NCBI RefSeq assembly: GCF_001677475.2
Contig: NZ_CP012497.1
Length of the DNA stretch: 64,000 nucleotides
Direction: 5' to 3' (one strand)
From: Escherichia coli
GTDB lineage: Bacteria > Pseudomonadota > Gammaproteobacteria > Enterobacterales > Enterobacteriaceae
Position 1 is the stretch's first letter; each line of letters opens with the position of its first letter. The notes under the pieces are model-generated. The model worked only from the letters and a program-made list of their open reading frames with translations, did not search any database and had not been told where the DNA came from. Of the stretch, positions 11,697 to 21,743 are shown piece after piece. Both the position numbers and the translations under genes were made by a program.

Positions 11697-12484
11697 ATGC
11701 TGGAAAAAGACTACCAATTATCCGCATATAAAAAATTGGCCGCAGCCGGTGGGATGAAAACACCAGGTGCCATAACATCGGCACGAAGCAGTGCTAACAC
11801 GGCAAAACAGCTTGCAGAAGAATTGACCGGATTAATTTTGGATACAATTGTCTATCCTGACACTATTACCAGCTATGTTTCAACGATCAGAACAACCACA
11901 ACCGGCTTAACGAACATTGGAGAACTGGCAACTAAGCACGCGGACCTGTTGGCTGGTTATGCAGATCTGTCAATGCTGCTTCAACTCGATATTGGTTGGG
12001 ATGTTTACTGCCGTGCTAATGAGCGAGAAGTTTCAGAACTGCCAATCTCTATTGCCATTGGTGATGTGACTATTACTAAATCGCTTGAGGACGCTGTAAA
12101 CGCGCTTAATACATCAAGTTTAGTCGCTGCTATGGGGAGATTAACCAGACCCTTAACACTGGCTCTGAAAGCTCGTCAGGCACTGGTTCAGGCGGCGGCA
12201 CTGCCATTCCCCCACCAGCACTAACAGAAAAGCAAATTGAAGCTCTGAAAGTAGCAACTGAACAGTTTGGGGGAGTTTTCAACCAAACAACAGCGCCCAC
12301 TGTTGCATTGCAACAGCAGTATGAACGGGCGAAGGAAAGCGCCAGCATAGCCATAACTGCTTATGGCCATGCTATTGGTACCGCGCTTGCGGAAGCATCA
12401 GCAAATAAGACCAGCACAGCCAGCGCAGTCGCCGCTTTGGTTCCTGATTCTGTTCTTGATGAATTAAACAAAGCGGCACAGTAA
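11697..12484 (+). CDS. hypothetical protein, frame broken at a G-run
   Basis: 175-aa ORF 11697-12224 continues in another frame to 12484 (GSGGGTAIPPPALTEKQIEALKVATEQ) if the G4 run at 12134-12137 is G5. Confidence 0.4.
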
Positions 12485-12523
12485 CAAAGGACTTCATTGA
12501 TAATTTTTCTTCAGGAGGAAGAC

Positions 12524-12946
12524 ATGTCATTCTTTTCTACGTTAAAAACAGCTTTGTCTTTGAAGGAGAAACTTGCTGCTACTGGTGTTCTTGTTCTGAT
12601 TTGCGCACTTGTTGGTGCTGGGTTTGCATGGGAACGTCATCAGCTAAAGCAAGCCATGGAGAAAATTGGCAGTCTTGATCAGGCTGTTAAGGAACGTGAT
12701 AAGTCAATAATGGATCTTAACCAGACCATTGAGACGATGAACAAAGCAGAGCAACATTTTCACAGCCAGGAAGTGAAAAATGAATCAGAACAAGCCAAAT
12801 ATGCTGACAGGCAAATGGAACGAAAAGCTGAAGTTCAGAAACAACTGGTTGCGGCGGGTAATGTTCGCCAGCGCATTCCTGCTGACACTCAGCGGTTGCT
12901 CCGGGAGTCGATCAGCGAATTTAACGCCGACGCCGACAAAGGTTAA
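12524..12946 (+). CDS. Rz-like inner-membrane spanin candidate
   Basis: Start MSFFSTLK; N-terminal TM segment (ATGVLVLICALVGAGFAW) followed by a charged coiled-coil region. Confidence 0.45.
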   Translation: MSFFSTLKTALSLKEKLAATGVLVLICALVGAGFAWERHQLKQAMEKIGSLDQAVKERDKSIMDLNQTIETMNKAEQHFHSQEVKNESEQAKYADRQMERKAEVQKQLVAAGNVRQRIPADTQRLLRESISEFNADADKG

Positions 12947-13112
12947 CCACCCTGCCCCCAAAAGTGCATTTATGTGCAGAATGCCAGAGTTTAGCAGTGA
13001 ATATTTTGATGATCTGCCAGCGTATATCCTCGATACAGAAACGATGCTGATGGGGATTAACAGGAAGAATCGCAACGTTAATGATTACAACCGCGCTATC
13101 AGCGGTAACTAA
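12861..13112 (+). CDS. Rz1-like outer-membrane lipoprotein candidate
   Basis: Out-of-frame ORF overlapping the 3' part of the Rz-like gene; lipobox MFASAFLLTLSGCSG; could instead be a P1 Mlp-type lipoprotein. Confidence 0.4.
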   Translation: MFASAFLLTLSGCSGSRSANLTPTPTKVNHPAPKSAFMCRMPEFSSEYFDDLPAYILDTETMLMGINRKNRNVNDYNRAISGN

Positions 13113-13123
13113 AAGGGATTTTT

Positions 13124-13516
13124 ATGTCTGATAAAGTAACAGTAAAGCAAACTATCAACAAAGCGACTTCAATCTACAAAATTGAGCACATCACTGTTGG
13201 CAAGCCAGGATCTGAACAATACCGTCATGCTTTCGAGCTTGCCGATCAGCTTGGTTTAAAACACCCGGATTGCATCGAGCATGTATTTCCGACCTATGCT
13301 GATGAGCAATGTACTCATGTTCTTACCGAAGAGGATTTTTTCAGCACTGAAGAACGAGAAGGCGTTGATCGTTGCATTGGTGTGATTTGCTCTTCAGTGA
13401 GTTATGAGTTATTCCCTAATGTCCATGAAAATGGTGGTATTGGATACCAATTCCTGTACGAAGGCGATGAGCTTAAATGTTATGAACATGGTCTTCTTAT
13501 CGAAAGCGTAGAATAA
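13124..13516 (+). CDS. hypothetical protein
   Basis: 130-aa ORF with a strong context, last gene before oriR. Confidence 0.4.
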   Translation: MSDKVTVKQTINKATSIYKIEHITVGKPGSEQYRHAFELADQLGLKHPDCIEHVFPTYADEQCTHVLTEEDFFSTEEREGVDRCIGVICSSVSYELFPNVHENGGIGYQFLYEGDELKCYEHGLLIESVE

Positions 13517-13549
13517 TACCCTTCCTTCCAACCGGCTATGTTGGCCGGT

Positions 13550-13780
13550 TTTTCACTTATCCACATTATCCACTGGGTAGATCCAATAATTAGGTCCATA
13601 CAGATCCCAATTAGATCCATATAGATCCCTGATCGTTGCAGGCCGCGTCACGTCTGGCTTAGAAGTGTATCGCGATGTGTGCTGGAGGGAAAACGATGTG
13701 TGCTGGAGGGATAAAAATGTGTGCTGACGGGTTGCTAATGTGTGCTGGCGGGATATAGGATGTGTGCTGACGGGAAAGCC
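13550..13780. promoter_or_regulatory. plasmid replication origin oriR (DnaA boxes, GATC cluster, incC iterons)
   Basis: Tandem TTATCCACA/TTATCCACT DnaA boxes at 13557-13576, GATC sites at 13611-13634, then 5 direct 19-bp iterons upstream of repA. Confidence 0.75.
13674..13778 (+). repeat. incC iterons (5 direct repeats, RepA binding sites)
   Basis: Five copies of ATGTGTGCTGGAGGGAAA-like 19-mers at about 21-bp spacing. Confidence 0.85.
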
Positions 13781-13833
13781 TGGGTAGTTATCACCACTAA
13801 TAAAAACTATCCACATAATTCGGAAAAAGTAAT

Positions 13834-14694
13834 ATGAATCAATCATTTATCTCCGATATTCTTTACGCAGACATTGAAAGTAAGGCAAAAGAACTAACAG
13901 TTAATTCAAACAACACTGTGCAGCCTGTAGCGTTGATGCGCTTGGGGGTATTCGTGCCGAAGCCATCAAAGAGCAAAGGAGAAAGTAAAGAGATTGATGC
14001 CACCAAAGCGTTTTCCCAGCTGGAGATAGCTAAAGCCGAGGGTTACGATGATATTAAAATCACTGGTCCTCGACTCGATATGGATACTGATTTCAAAACG
14101 TGGATCGGTGTCATCTACGCGTTCAGCAAATACGGCTTGTCCTCAAACACCATCCAGTTATCGTTTCAGGAATTCGCTAAAGCCTGTGGTTTCCCCTCAA
14201 AACGTCTGGATGCGAAACTGCGTTTAACCATTCATGAATCACTTGGTCGCTTGCGTAACAAGGGTATCGCCTTTAAGCGCGGAAAAGATGCTAAAGGCGG
14301 CTATCAGACTGGTCTGCTGAAGGTCGGGCGTTTTGATGCTGACCTTGATCTGATAGAGCTGGAGGCTGATTCGAAGCTGTGGGAGCTGTTCCAGCTTGAT
14401 TATCGCGTTCTGTTGCAACACCACGCCTTGCGTGCCCTTCCGAAGAAAGAAGCTGCACAAGCCATTTACACTTTCATCGAAAGCCTTCCGCAGAACCCGT
14501 TGCCCCTATCGTTCGCGCGAATCCGTGAGCGCTTGGCTTTGCAGTCAGCTGTTGGCGAGCAAAACCGTATCATTAAGAAAGCGATAGAACAGCTTAAAAC
14601 AATCGGCTATCTCGACTGTTCAATTGAGAAGAAAGGCCGGGAAAGTTTTGTAATCGTCCATTCTCGCAATCCAAAGCTGAAACTTCCCGAATAA
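13834..14694 (+). CDS. repA: plasmid replication initiator RepA (P1 type)
   Basis: 286-aa ORF flanked by iteron arrays on both sides, the classic P1 R-replicon layout. Confidence 0.9.
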   Translation: MNQSFISDILYADIESKAKELTVNSNNTVQPVALMRLGVFVPKPSKSKGESKEIDATKAFSQLEIAKAEGYDDIKITGPRLDMDTDFKTWIGVIYAFSKYGLSSNTIQLSFQEFAKACGFPSKRLDAKLRLTIHESLGRLRNKGIAFKRGKDAKGGYQTGLLKVGRFDADLDLIELEADSKLWELFQLDYRVLLQHHALRALPKKEAAQAIYTFIESLPQNPLPLSFARIRERLALQSAVGEQNRIIKKAIEQLKTIGYLDCSIEKKGRESFVIVHSRNPKLKLPE

Positions 14695-14979
14695 GTGTGT
14701 GCTGGAGGGAAGCTGCATTAAAAAAATGTGTGCTGACGGGAAGGCTTGTCCAATTTCCTGTTTTTGATGTGCGCTGGAGGGGGACGCCCCGCAGTTTGCC
14801 CAGACTTTCCCTCCAGCACACATCTGTCCATCCGTTTTTCCCTCCAGTGCACATGTAATTCTCTGCCTTTCCCTCCAGCACACATATTTGATACCAGCGA
14901 TCCCTCCACAGCACATAATTCAATGCGACTTCCCTCTATCGCACATTCTGGTCCTGCATCATCCCTCCAGCACACATCT
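14693..14979. repeat. incA iterons (9 repeats, 3 direct and 6 inverted)
   Basis: TGTGTGCTGGAGGG-type 19-mers at 14693, 14725, 14765 (direct) and CCCTCCAGCACACAT-type at 14809, 14840, 14871, 14902, 14932, 14962 (inverted). Confidence 0.85.
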
Positions 14980-15087
14980 AATAGCCTCATCGCCATTTCT
15001 TTACGTGCAATAATTGACGCACGAATCAAAAAAAGTTGCACGTAGCAGAATCAAACGTACAATTCACTCATACGAAATGATAAGGAG

Positions 15088-16299
15088 ATGATGATGAAAC
15101 GCGATTACGGCGGTGTTGGCACCATAGCTCTTCGTGCAAGCGCATTACTTAAGGCCATGAGTCAGGATATTGAAGATCAGCGCAAAGAGTTCAATCAGAC
15201 CGAGTATTATCAGACGTTCACTCGTAACGCTGTGGCAAAGTTGCCGAAGCTGAGCCGCCGCATTGTGGAGCAGGCCATCAAAGAGATGGAAGATGATGGG
15301 TACCAGTTCAACAAGAAACAGGTCGGTAACGTTGAACAGTACGCGCTGACCATCCAGAACGTCATTGATATCTATGCCCACCGTAAGATCCCCAAATATC
15401 GCGACATTCACAAATCGCCTTACGTTATTTTTGTCGTAAACCTGAAGGGTGGCGTATCCAAAACGGTTTCCACAGTTACGTTGGCGCACGCTCTGCGTGT
15501 GCATCAGGATTTACTGCGTCACGATCTGCGCATTCTGGTAATTGACCTTGACCCTCAGGCATCCAGCACAATGTTCCTCGACCATACTCACAGTATTGGT
15601 TCCATCCTGGAAACCGCCGCGCAGGCGATGCTGAACGACCTGGACGCGGAGACGCTACGCAAAGAGGTGATTCGTCCGACCATCGTTCCTGGCGTAGACG
15701 TGATTCCAGCCTCTATCGACGATGGCTTTGTTGCCAGCCAATGGAAAGAGCTGGTTGAAGAGCATCTTCCCGGACAAAATCAGTACGAAATCCTTCGACG
15801 CAATATCATTGATCGTGTTGCGGATGATTATGACTTTATCTTTATTGATACCGGTCCACACCTGGATCCGTTCCTGCTCAACGGTCTGGCGGCCAGCGAT
15901 TTGCTGCTTACCCCTACCCCACCAGCCCAGGTTGACTTCCACTCAACACTGAAATATCTCACCCGTCTGCCAGAAATGCTGGAGCAACTGGAGGAGGAAG
16001 GCGTAGAACCGCGTTTGAGCGCCAGCATTGGTTTTATGTCGAAGATGACCGGCAAGCGCGATCACGAGACATCACACAGCCTTGCGCGTGAGGTTTACGC
16101 CAGCAACATTCTGGACTCTTCTCTGCCTCGTCTGGATGGCTTTGAGCGATGCGGCGAGTCTTTCGACACCGTAATCAGTGCCAACCCGCAATCGTATCCA
16201 GGCAGTGCAGAGGCGCTGAAGAAGGCACGAACCGAGGCCGAGCGTTTCACTAAGGCTGTGTTTGATCGAATTGAGTTTGTTAGGGGTGAGGCGGCATGA
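15088..16299 (+). CDS. parA: plasmid partition ATPase ParA (P1 type)
   Basis: Deviant Walker A NLKGGVSKTVSTVTLAHA and long N-terminal DNA-binding extension; colinear with P1 ParA as recalled. Confidence 0.9.
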   Translation: MMMKRDYGGVGTIALRASALLKAMSQDIEDQRKEFNQTEYYQTFTRNAVAKLPKLSRRIVEQAIKEMEDDGYQFNKKQVGNVEQYALTIQNVIDIYAHRKIPKYRDIHKSPYVIFVVNLKGGVSKTVSTVTLAHALRVHQDLLRHDLRILVIDLDPQASSTMFLDHTHSIGSILETAAQAMLNDLDAETLRKEVIRPTIVPGVDVIPASIDDGFVASQWKELVEEHLPGQNQYEILRRNIIDRVADDYDFIFIDTGPHLDPFLLNGLAASDLLLTPTPPAQVDFHSTLKYLTRLPEMLEQLEEEGVEPRLSASIGFMSKMTGKRDHETSHSLAREVYASNILDSSLPRLDGFERCGESFDTVISANPQSYPGSAEALKKARTEAERFTKAVFDRIEFVRGEAA

Positions 16300-17261
16300 A
16301 AAAAATAGTTTCCCGTGGACGAGTGCTGGGCAAGAATAGCTCCGAGTTTGCTCGCATGCTTGAAGGCAGTGAAGGCACCAAAACCTTTACCCTAAAATCT
16401 GGCCGCCAGGCTAAATTTTTGCTTACCGTTGTGCTGAGTGGTGAGATTGAGTCGCGCACGTTCGTTGACCCGGCAGTTAACGGCCGCGATCAGTCTCTGC
16501 TCACCCCTGAGTCGGTAAGCGATATTTCCCGCACCATTAAATTGCAACAGTTCTTCCCGGCTATCGGTCGTATGGTTGGGGAGCGCATTGAGGTATTGGA
16601 CGGATCACGTCGCCGCGCTGCGTGTATCTTCAATGAAACGAAATTTGAGATTCTGGTGACGAAAGATGAGATCAGCCTGGCAGATGCCCGCCAGCTGGCC
16701 ATTGATATCCAGACAGCCCGCGAACACACTCTGCGCGAGCTGGGTAAACGCTTCGAGGTTATGTACGGTAAGAATATGACCAAAGAAGAGATCGCCCGAG
16801 CTGAGAACATCTCAAAGGCTAAAGTGACGCGAGCTTTCCAGGCTGCCGCGGTGCCGGATGAGATGATTGCTGTCTTCCCTGTTGCCAGCGATCTCGCCCT
16901 GCCAGATTACCAGTTACTGCTCCAGATCGCCGAGGATGCTAACGCTAAAAGCGTGCCGATTGAAGAGCTGGTTGATACGGTGCGCGAACGAATTGCAGAG
17001 ACTGAGGGCGCGAAAGAGGATAAATCGAAGATACTGGCTATCTTCAAAGCGGAAAGCAAAAGCCTGAAGCCCGCGCCGGTTAAATCTGTGGTGATTGAGA
17101 AGCTGCGAGACTTCTCTGACCGTCGTCAATACGCCAGAAAGAAGTCCGATCCGAAAAAACGGGTAGTCGCCTACGAGTTCTCCAGACTCCCGTCTGAAGT
17201 GCAAACTGAAATTGACGAAGCAATAAAAAAAATCATTGGGAAAATGTCTGCTGGGGAATAA
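16296..17261 (+). CDS. parB: plasmid partition protein ParB (P1 type)
   Basis: Start overlaps the parA stop; ParB/Spo0J-like core (LDGSRRRAA, HTH region); colinear with P1 ParB as recalled. Confidence 0.9.
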   Translation: MKKIVSRGRVLGKNSSEFARMLEGSEGTKTFTLKSGRQAKFLLTVVLSGEIESRTFVDPAVNGRDQSLLTPESVSDISRTIKLQQFFPAIGRMVGERIEVLDGSRRRAACIFNETKFEILVTKDEISLADARQLAIDIQTAREHTLRELGKRFEVMYGKNMTKEEIARAENISKAKVTRAFQAAAVPDEMIAVFPVASDLALPDYQLLLQIAEDANAKSVPIEELVDTVRERIAETEGAKEDKSKILAIFKAESKSLKPAPVKSVVIEKLRDFSDRRQYARKKSDPKKRVVAYEFSRLPSEVQTEIDEAIKKIIGKMSAGE

Positions 17262-17304
17262 TCCCGCTGGTGGGAGGTGGTTTTAGCCTCCTCCCCTGCC
17301 TAAA

Positions 17305-17410
17305 ATGTCCTGCGCCAATTTCATTGATAACATTATGATTTAAATATATTTTTTAGAAAAATTTCAGACTGAAATTCCCACGATTTAACGCCTGCTTTCA
17401 CCGTCCACTT
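17305..17410. promoter_or_regulatory. candidate parS centromere
   Basis: Downstream of parB: boxB-like GCGCCA next to boxA-like ATTTCAT, an AT-rich possible IHF region, then TTTCACC. Confidence 0.4.
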
Positions 17411-17505
17411 CCCCGCATAAAAAATTTAAAAAATTACTTTTCGCGAGAAAGTCAACAAGTGACTTTCAATAAAATCTCTTCCGAAAAGGGATTCACACAA
17501 GTGCC

Positions 17506-19233
17506 TTGTGTTTAAGGAAGAGTAACTTGAGTAACTTACGCGAATACCAGAATCGTATTGCAGATATCGCAAAACGCTCTAAAGCCGTTCTTGGCTGGGC
17601 AAGTGCAGCACAGTTCGGTACTGATAACCAATTCATCAAAGATGATGCCGCGCGTGCCGCATCTATCCTTGAAGCTGCACGCAAAGACCCGATTTTTGCG
17701 GGTATCTCTGATAATGCCACCGCTCAAATCGCTACAGCGTGGGCAAGTGCACTGGCTGACTACGCCGCAGCACATAAATCTATGCCGCGTCCGGAAATTC
17801 TGGCCTCCTGCCACCAGACGCTGGAAAACTGCCTGATTGAGTCCACCCGCAATAGCATGGATGCCACTAATAAAGCGATGCTGGAATCCGTCGCAGCAGA
17901 GATGATGAGCGTTTCTGACGGTGTTATGCGTCTGCCTTTATTCCTCGCGATGATCCTGCCTGTTCAGTTGGGGGCAGCTACCGCTGATGCGTGTACCTTC
18001 ATTCCGGTTACGCGTGACCAGTCCGACATCTATGAAGTCTTTAACGTGGCAGGTTCCTCTTTTGGTTCTTATGCTGCTGGTGATGTTCTGGACATGCAAT
18101 CCGTCGGTGTGTACAGCCAGTTACGCCGCCGCTATGTGCTGGTGGCAAGCTCCGATGGCACCAGCAAAACCGCAACCTTCAAGATGGAAGACTTCGAAGG
18201 CCAGAATGTACCAATCCGAAAAGGTCGCACTAACATCTACGTTAACCGTATTAAGTCTGTTGTTGATAACGGTTCCGGCAGCCTACTTCACTCGTTTACT
18301 AATGCTGCTGGTGAGCAAATCACTGTTACTTGCTCTCTGAACTACAACATTGGTCAGATTGCCCTGTCGTTCTCCAAAGCGCCGGATAAAGGCACTGAGA
18401 TCGCAATTGAGACGGAAATCAATATTGAAGCCGCTCCTGAGCTGATCCCGCTGATCAACCACGAAATGAAGAAATACACCCTGTTCCCAAGCCAGTTCGT
18501 TATCGCGGCTGAGCACACGGTACAGGCGGCGTATGAAGCACAGCGTGAATTTGGTCTGGACCTGGGTTCCCTACAGTTCCGCACCCTGAAGGAATACCTG
18601 TCTCATGAACAGGATATGCTGCGTCTTCGCATCATGATCTGGCGCACTCTTGCGACCGACACCTTTGACATCGCTCTGCCGGTTAACCAGTCCTTTGATG
18701 TATGGGCAACCATCATTCGTGGCAAATTCCAGACTGTATATCGCGACATTATTGAGCGCGTTAAATCTTCTGGTGCGATGGGGATGTTTGCTGGTGCTGA
18801 TGCAGCATCTTTCTTCAAACAGTTGCCGAAGGATTTCTTCCAGCCAGCCGAAGACTATATCCAGACTCCGTATGTTCACTACATCGGTACCCTGTTCGGT
18901 AACGTGAAAGTGTACGAAGTACCTGCTGGTATTTGTAAGAACTTAACGACAGAGAACATTCAGTTCAGCTCGATGGATGTGCTGTGCTACGTCCGTGATG
19001 AAAATCCGGGTAAAGCAGGCTTCGTGACTGGTGATGCTGTCCCGGCCATCCCGTTCCAGCATCCGACCACTCCGGCGCTGGTCAACCGTACCACGCTGTG
19101 GGGTTCGGCTATCAACGATATGCACCCACGCAACGGCGCTGATTACTTCACTCGTGTAACGCTGACAATGGCCAAAAAAGGCGGGCTTAACTTCATAAGC
19201 GGCGACACGATTGATGCCGGTGACTCTGAGTAA
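17506..19233 (+). CDS. major capsid-like virion protein (position of P1 gene 23)
   Basis: 575-aa ORF directly after parS, as in the P1 parS-23-22-21 order; start may be the TTG at 17527 behind an AAGGAAG RBS. Confidence 0.5.
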   Translation: MCLRKSNLSNLREYQNRIADIAKRSKAVLGWASAAQFGTDNQFIKDDAARAASILEAARKDPIFAGISDNATAQIATAWASALADYAAAHKSMPRPEILASCHQTLENCLIESTRNSMDATNKAMLESVAAEMMSVSDGVMRLPLFLAMILPVQLGAATADACTFIPVTRDQSDIYEVFNVAGSSFGSYAAGDVLDMQSVGVYSQLRRRYVLVASSDGTSKTATFKMEDFEGQNVPIRKGRTNIYVNRIKSVVDNGSGSLLHSFTNAAGEQITVTCSLNYNIGQIALSFSKAPDKGTEIAIETEINIEAAPELIPLINHEMKKYTLFPSQFVIAAEHTVQAAYEAQREFGLDLGSLQFRTLKEYLSHEQDMLRLRIMIWRTLATDTFDIALPVNQSFDVWATIIRGKFQTVYRDIIERVKSSGAMGMFAGADAASFFKQLPKDFFQPAEDYIQTPYVHYIGTLFGNVKVYEVPAGICKNLTTENIQFSSMDVLCYVRDENPGKAGFVTGDAVPAIPFQHPTTPALVNRTTLWGSAINDMHPRNGADYFTRVTLTMAKKGGLNFISGDTIDAGDSE

Positions 19234-19293
19234 TCAGGGGAAGTTCTCCGTTTAACATAGCGCCCCCGTGCGGGGCGCATAACAGGGAAAGTT

Positions 19294-20883
19294 ATGTCTC
19301 AATATTCAATTCAACAGTCATTAGGTAATGCATCCGGCGTCGCGGTTAGCCCGATCAATGCAGATGCGACGTTATCTACCGGTGTTGCATTAAATAGCAG
19401 CTTGTGGGCTGGTATTGGCGTATTTGCGCGTGGCAAGCCGTTTACTGTTCTTGCGGTTACTGAGTCCAATTACGAAGATGTTCTCGGCGAACCGCTGAAG
19501 CCGTCTTCCGGCTCACAGTTCGAACCAATTCGCCATGTATACGAAGCTATTCAGCAAACGTCTGGTTATGTTGTCCGTGCTGTTCCGGATGATGCGAAGT
19601 TCCCGGTTATTATGTTCGATGAATCAGGCGAACCGGCTTACAGTGCGTTGCCATACGGTTCTGAAATTGAACTTGATAGCGGCGAAGCCTTTGCTATCTA
19701 CGTTGATGATGGTGATCCGTGTATTTCACCTACCCGTGAGTTAACCATCGAAACGGCAACAGCGGACAGCGCAGGTAATGAACGCTTCCTCCTGAAACTG
19801 ACCCAGACGACTTCGCTCGGCGTGGTAACGACCCTGGAGACACACACTGTGTCTTTGGCGGAAGAAGCGAAAGATGACATGGGCCGCTTGTGTTATCTGC
19901 CTACGGCTCTGGAAGCCCGTTCTAAATATCTGCGCGCGGTTGTTAATGAAGAGCTGATTTCGACGGCGAAAGTAACAAATAAAAAATCGTTGGCGTTCAC
20001 TGGTGGTACCAACGGTGATCAGTCGAAAATCTCAACCGCTGCGTACCTGCGTGCGGTGAAAGTGCTGAACAATGCGCCGTACATGTACACCGCTGTTCTT
20101 GGCCTGGGCTGCTATGACAATGCGGCTATCACCGCATTAGGTAAAATCTGTGCAGATCGCCTGATTGATGGCTTCTTTGATGTCAAACCGACATTAACGT
20201 ACGCAGAAGCACTACCAGCTGTTGAGGATACCGGTTTACTTGGTACCGATTATGTAAGCTGTTCTGTCTATCACTTCCCGTTCTCCTGCAAAGACAAATG
20301 GACCCAATCCCGTGTGGTCTTCGGTCTGTCTGGCGCGGCGTATGCGGCGAAAGCTCGTGGCGTTAAGAAAAACTCCGATGTCGGCGGTTGGCATTACTCA
20401 CCGGCTGGTGAAGAACGTGCCGTCATTGCTCGTGCATCACTTCAGCCGCTGTATCCTGAAGACACCCCGGACGAAGAAGCTATGGTCAAGGGCCGACTCA
20501 ATAAAGTATCTGTAGGTACTTCGGGCCAGATGATCATCGATGATGCTTTAACTTGTTGCACGCAGGACAACTATCTGCATTTCCAGCACGTACCATCCCT
20601 GATGAACGCAATCAGCCGTTTCTTTGTCCAGTTAGCCCGACAGATGAAGCATAACCCGGACGGCATTACTGAGTCTGGACTGACTAAAGGGATGACCAAA
20701 CTTTTAGATCGCTTTGTCGCCTCCGGCGCTCTGGTGGCTCCTCGTGATCCTGATGCTGACGGTACAGAACCGTATGTGCTGAAAGTTACGCAGGCGGAAT
20801 TCGATAAATGGGAAGTAGTCTGGGCCTGCTGCCCGACTGGCGTAGCCCGTCGTATCCAGGGCGTACCGCTGCTTATTAAGTAA
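19294..20883 (+). CDS. tail sheath-like protein (position of P1 gene 22)
   Basis: 529-aa ORF next to the capsid-like gene; size and position match the P1 sheath gene; no motif verification. Confidence 0.5.
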   Translation: MSQYSIQQSLGNASGVAVSPINADATLSTGVALNSSLWAGIGVFARGKPFTVLAVTESNYEDVLGEPLKPSSGSQFEPIRHVYEAIQQTSGYVVRAVPDDAKFPVIMFDESGEPAYSALPYGSEIELDSGEAFAIYVDDGDPCISPTRELTIETATADSAGNERFLLKLTQTTSLGVVTTLETHTVSLAEEAKDDMGRLCYLPTALEARSKYLRAVVNEELISTAKVTNKKSLAFTGGTNGDQSKISTAAYLRAVKVLNNAPYMYTAVLGLGCYDNAAITALGKICADRLIDGFFDVKPTLTYAEALPAVEDTGLLGTDYVSCSVYHFPFSCKDKWTQSRVVFGLSGAAYAAKARGVKKNSDVGGWHYSPAGEERAVIARASLQPLYPEDTPDEEAMVKGRLNKVSVGTSGQMIIDDALTCCTQDNYLHFQHVPSLMNAISRFFVQLARQMKHNPDGITESGLTKGMTKLLDRFVASGALVAPRDPDADGTEPYVLKVTQAEFDKWEVVWACCPTGVARRIQGVPLLIK

Positions 20884-20892
20884 GGGAATACA

Positions 20893-21708
20893 ATGAGCAA
20901 AAACTTTTTTCAATCCGGGGCATTTTTGGGGAATGGACTGTCCCGTTTCGCTTTGAACTCTGATCCTGTGCAGCTGATGGAGTCTGCCCGAGCAAGCGCC
21001 GAACCGCTAACAGATCCTGTTATTAATAATAATCCGGAACCGGCGGCACAGACTAACGATAACGTTCCATCTGACCCGGCTCCTGAGCAAATTCTGGAAG
21101 GGAAAGACGGTAAAGAATGGACCGTCGAACAGGCGCACCAGATGATTCTGGAAGCTGCAAATCGAAGTGCTATGCAGAATGCGTTGAGTGATGCGGCCGA
21201 CGCCGTTTTCGCCTGGGCTGATAGCGGTGATCTGACTTTCGACTCCCTTGATGGTTTCGTTCAAGCTATCGCTGGTATCTCTGACGACGACGACTCCGAA
21301 GTTACAGAAGAACAGGACGATGCCTATAACGAAGCATGGGCAAATGTTGCTGACTTCCTCGCAGCATGCGGTGTAGATGATGACCTGATCGAAGCACTGG
21401 CTGACGATGAGGACGACGACGCAGCTGCTGATGTTGGTGCCTCTATCGCTGGTTTAGATAGCGACGACCGCGACGAACTGGAAGCGGCGTTTGTTGTTGC
21501 TGGCACTTCTGATGAAATGCTGACTGAAGCATTTAAGAAGGTTGTTCGTAACGGTGAGATCAAACTCATCCGTAAACGCCTGCGTAAAAAACGTCTGACT
21601 GCGGCTCAAAAATCGGCGCTGAAAAAAGCTCGTCGAAAAGCCCAGACCGGCGCGGCAAAACTTGCCCGCAAAAAGTCAATGAAACTGCGCCGTAAGCGCC
21701 TTGGCTAA
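20893..21708 (+). CDS. acidic virion-associated protein with basic C-terminal tail
   Basis: 271-aa ORF, Asp/Glu-rich core and Lys/Arg-rich C-terminus (KRLRKKRLTAAQKSALKKARRKAQ). Confidence 0.35.
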   Translation: MSKNFFQSGAFLGNGLSRFALNSDPVQLMESARASAEPLTDPVINNNPEPAAQTNDNVPSDPAPEQILEGKDGKEWTVEQAHQMILEAANRSAMQNALSDAADAVFAWADSGDLTFDSLDGFVQAIAGISDDDDSEVTEEQDDAYNEAWANVADFLAACGVDDDLIEALADDEDDDAAADVGASIAGLDSDDRDELEAAFVVAGTSDEMLTEAFKKVVRNGEIKLIRKRLRKKRLTAAQKSALKKARRKAQTGAAKLARKKSMKLRRKRLG

Positions 21709-21743
21709 AGGAGGAGGCCGGAGAACTCCGGCCTTTAACTTGA

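Noticed and set aside
13674-14979. Arrays of 19-bp repeats that could be mistaken for a CRISPR array
   Set aside because: The repeats flank repA in both orientations with irregular spacers of roughly 2-15 bp, match the P1 iteron sequence, and there are no cas genes or leader; they are RepA-binding iterons.
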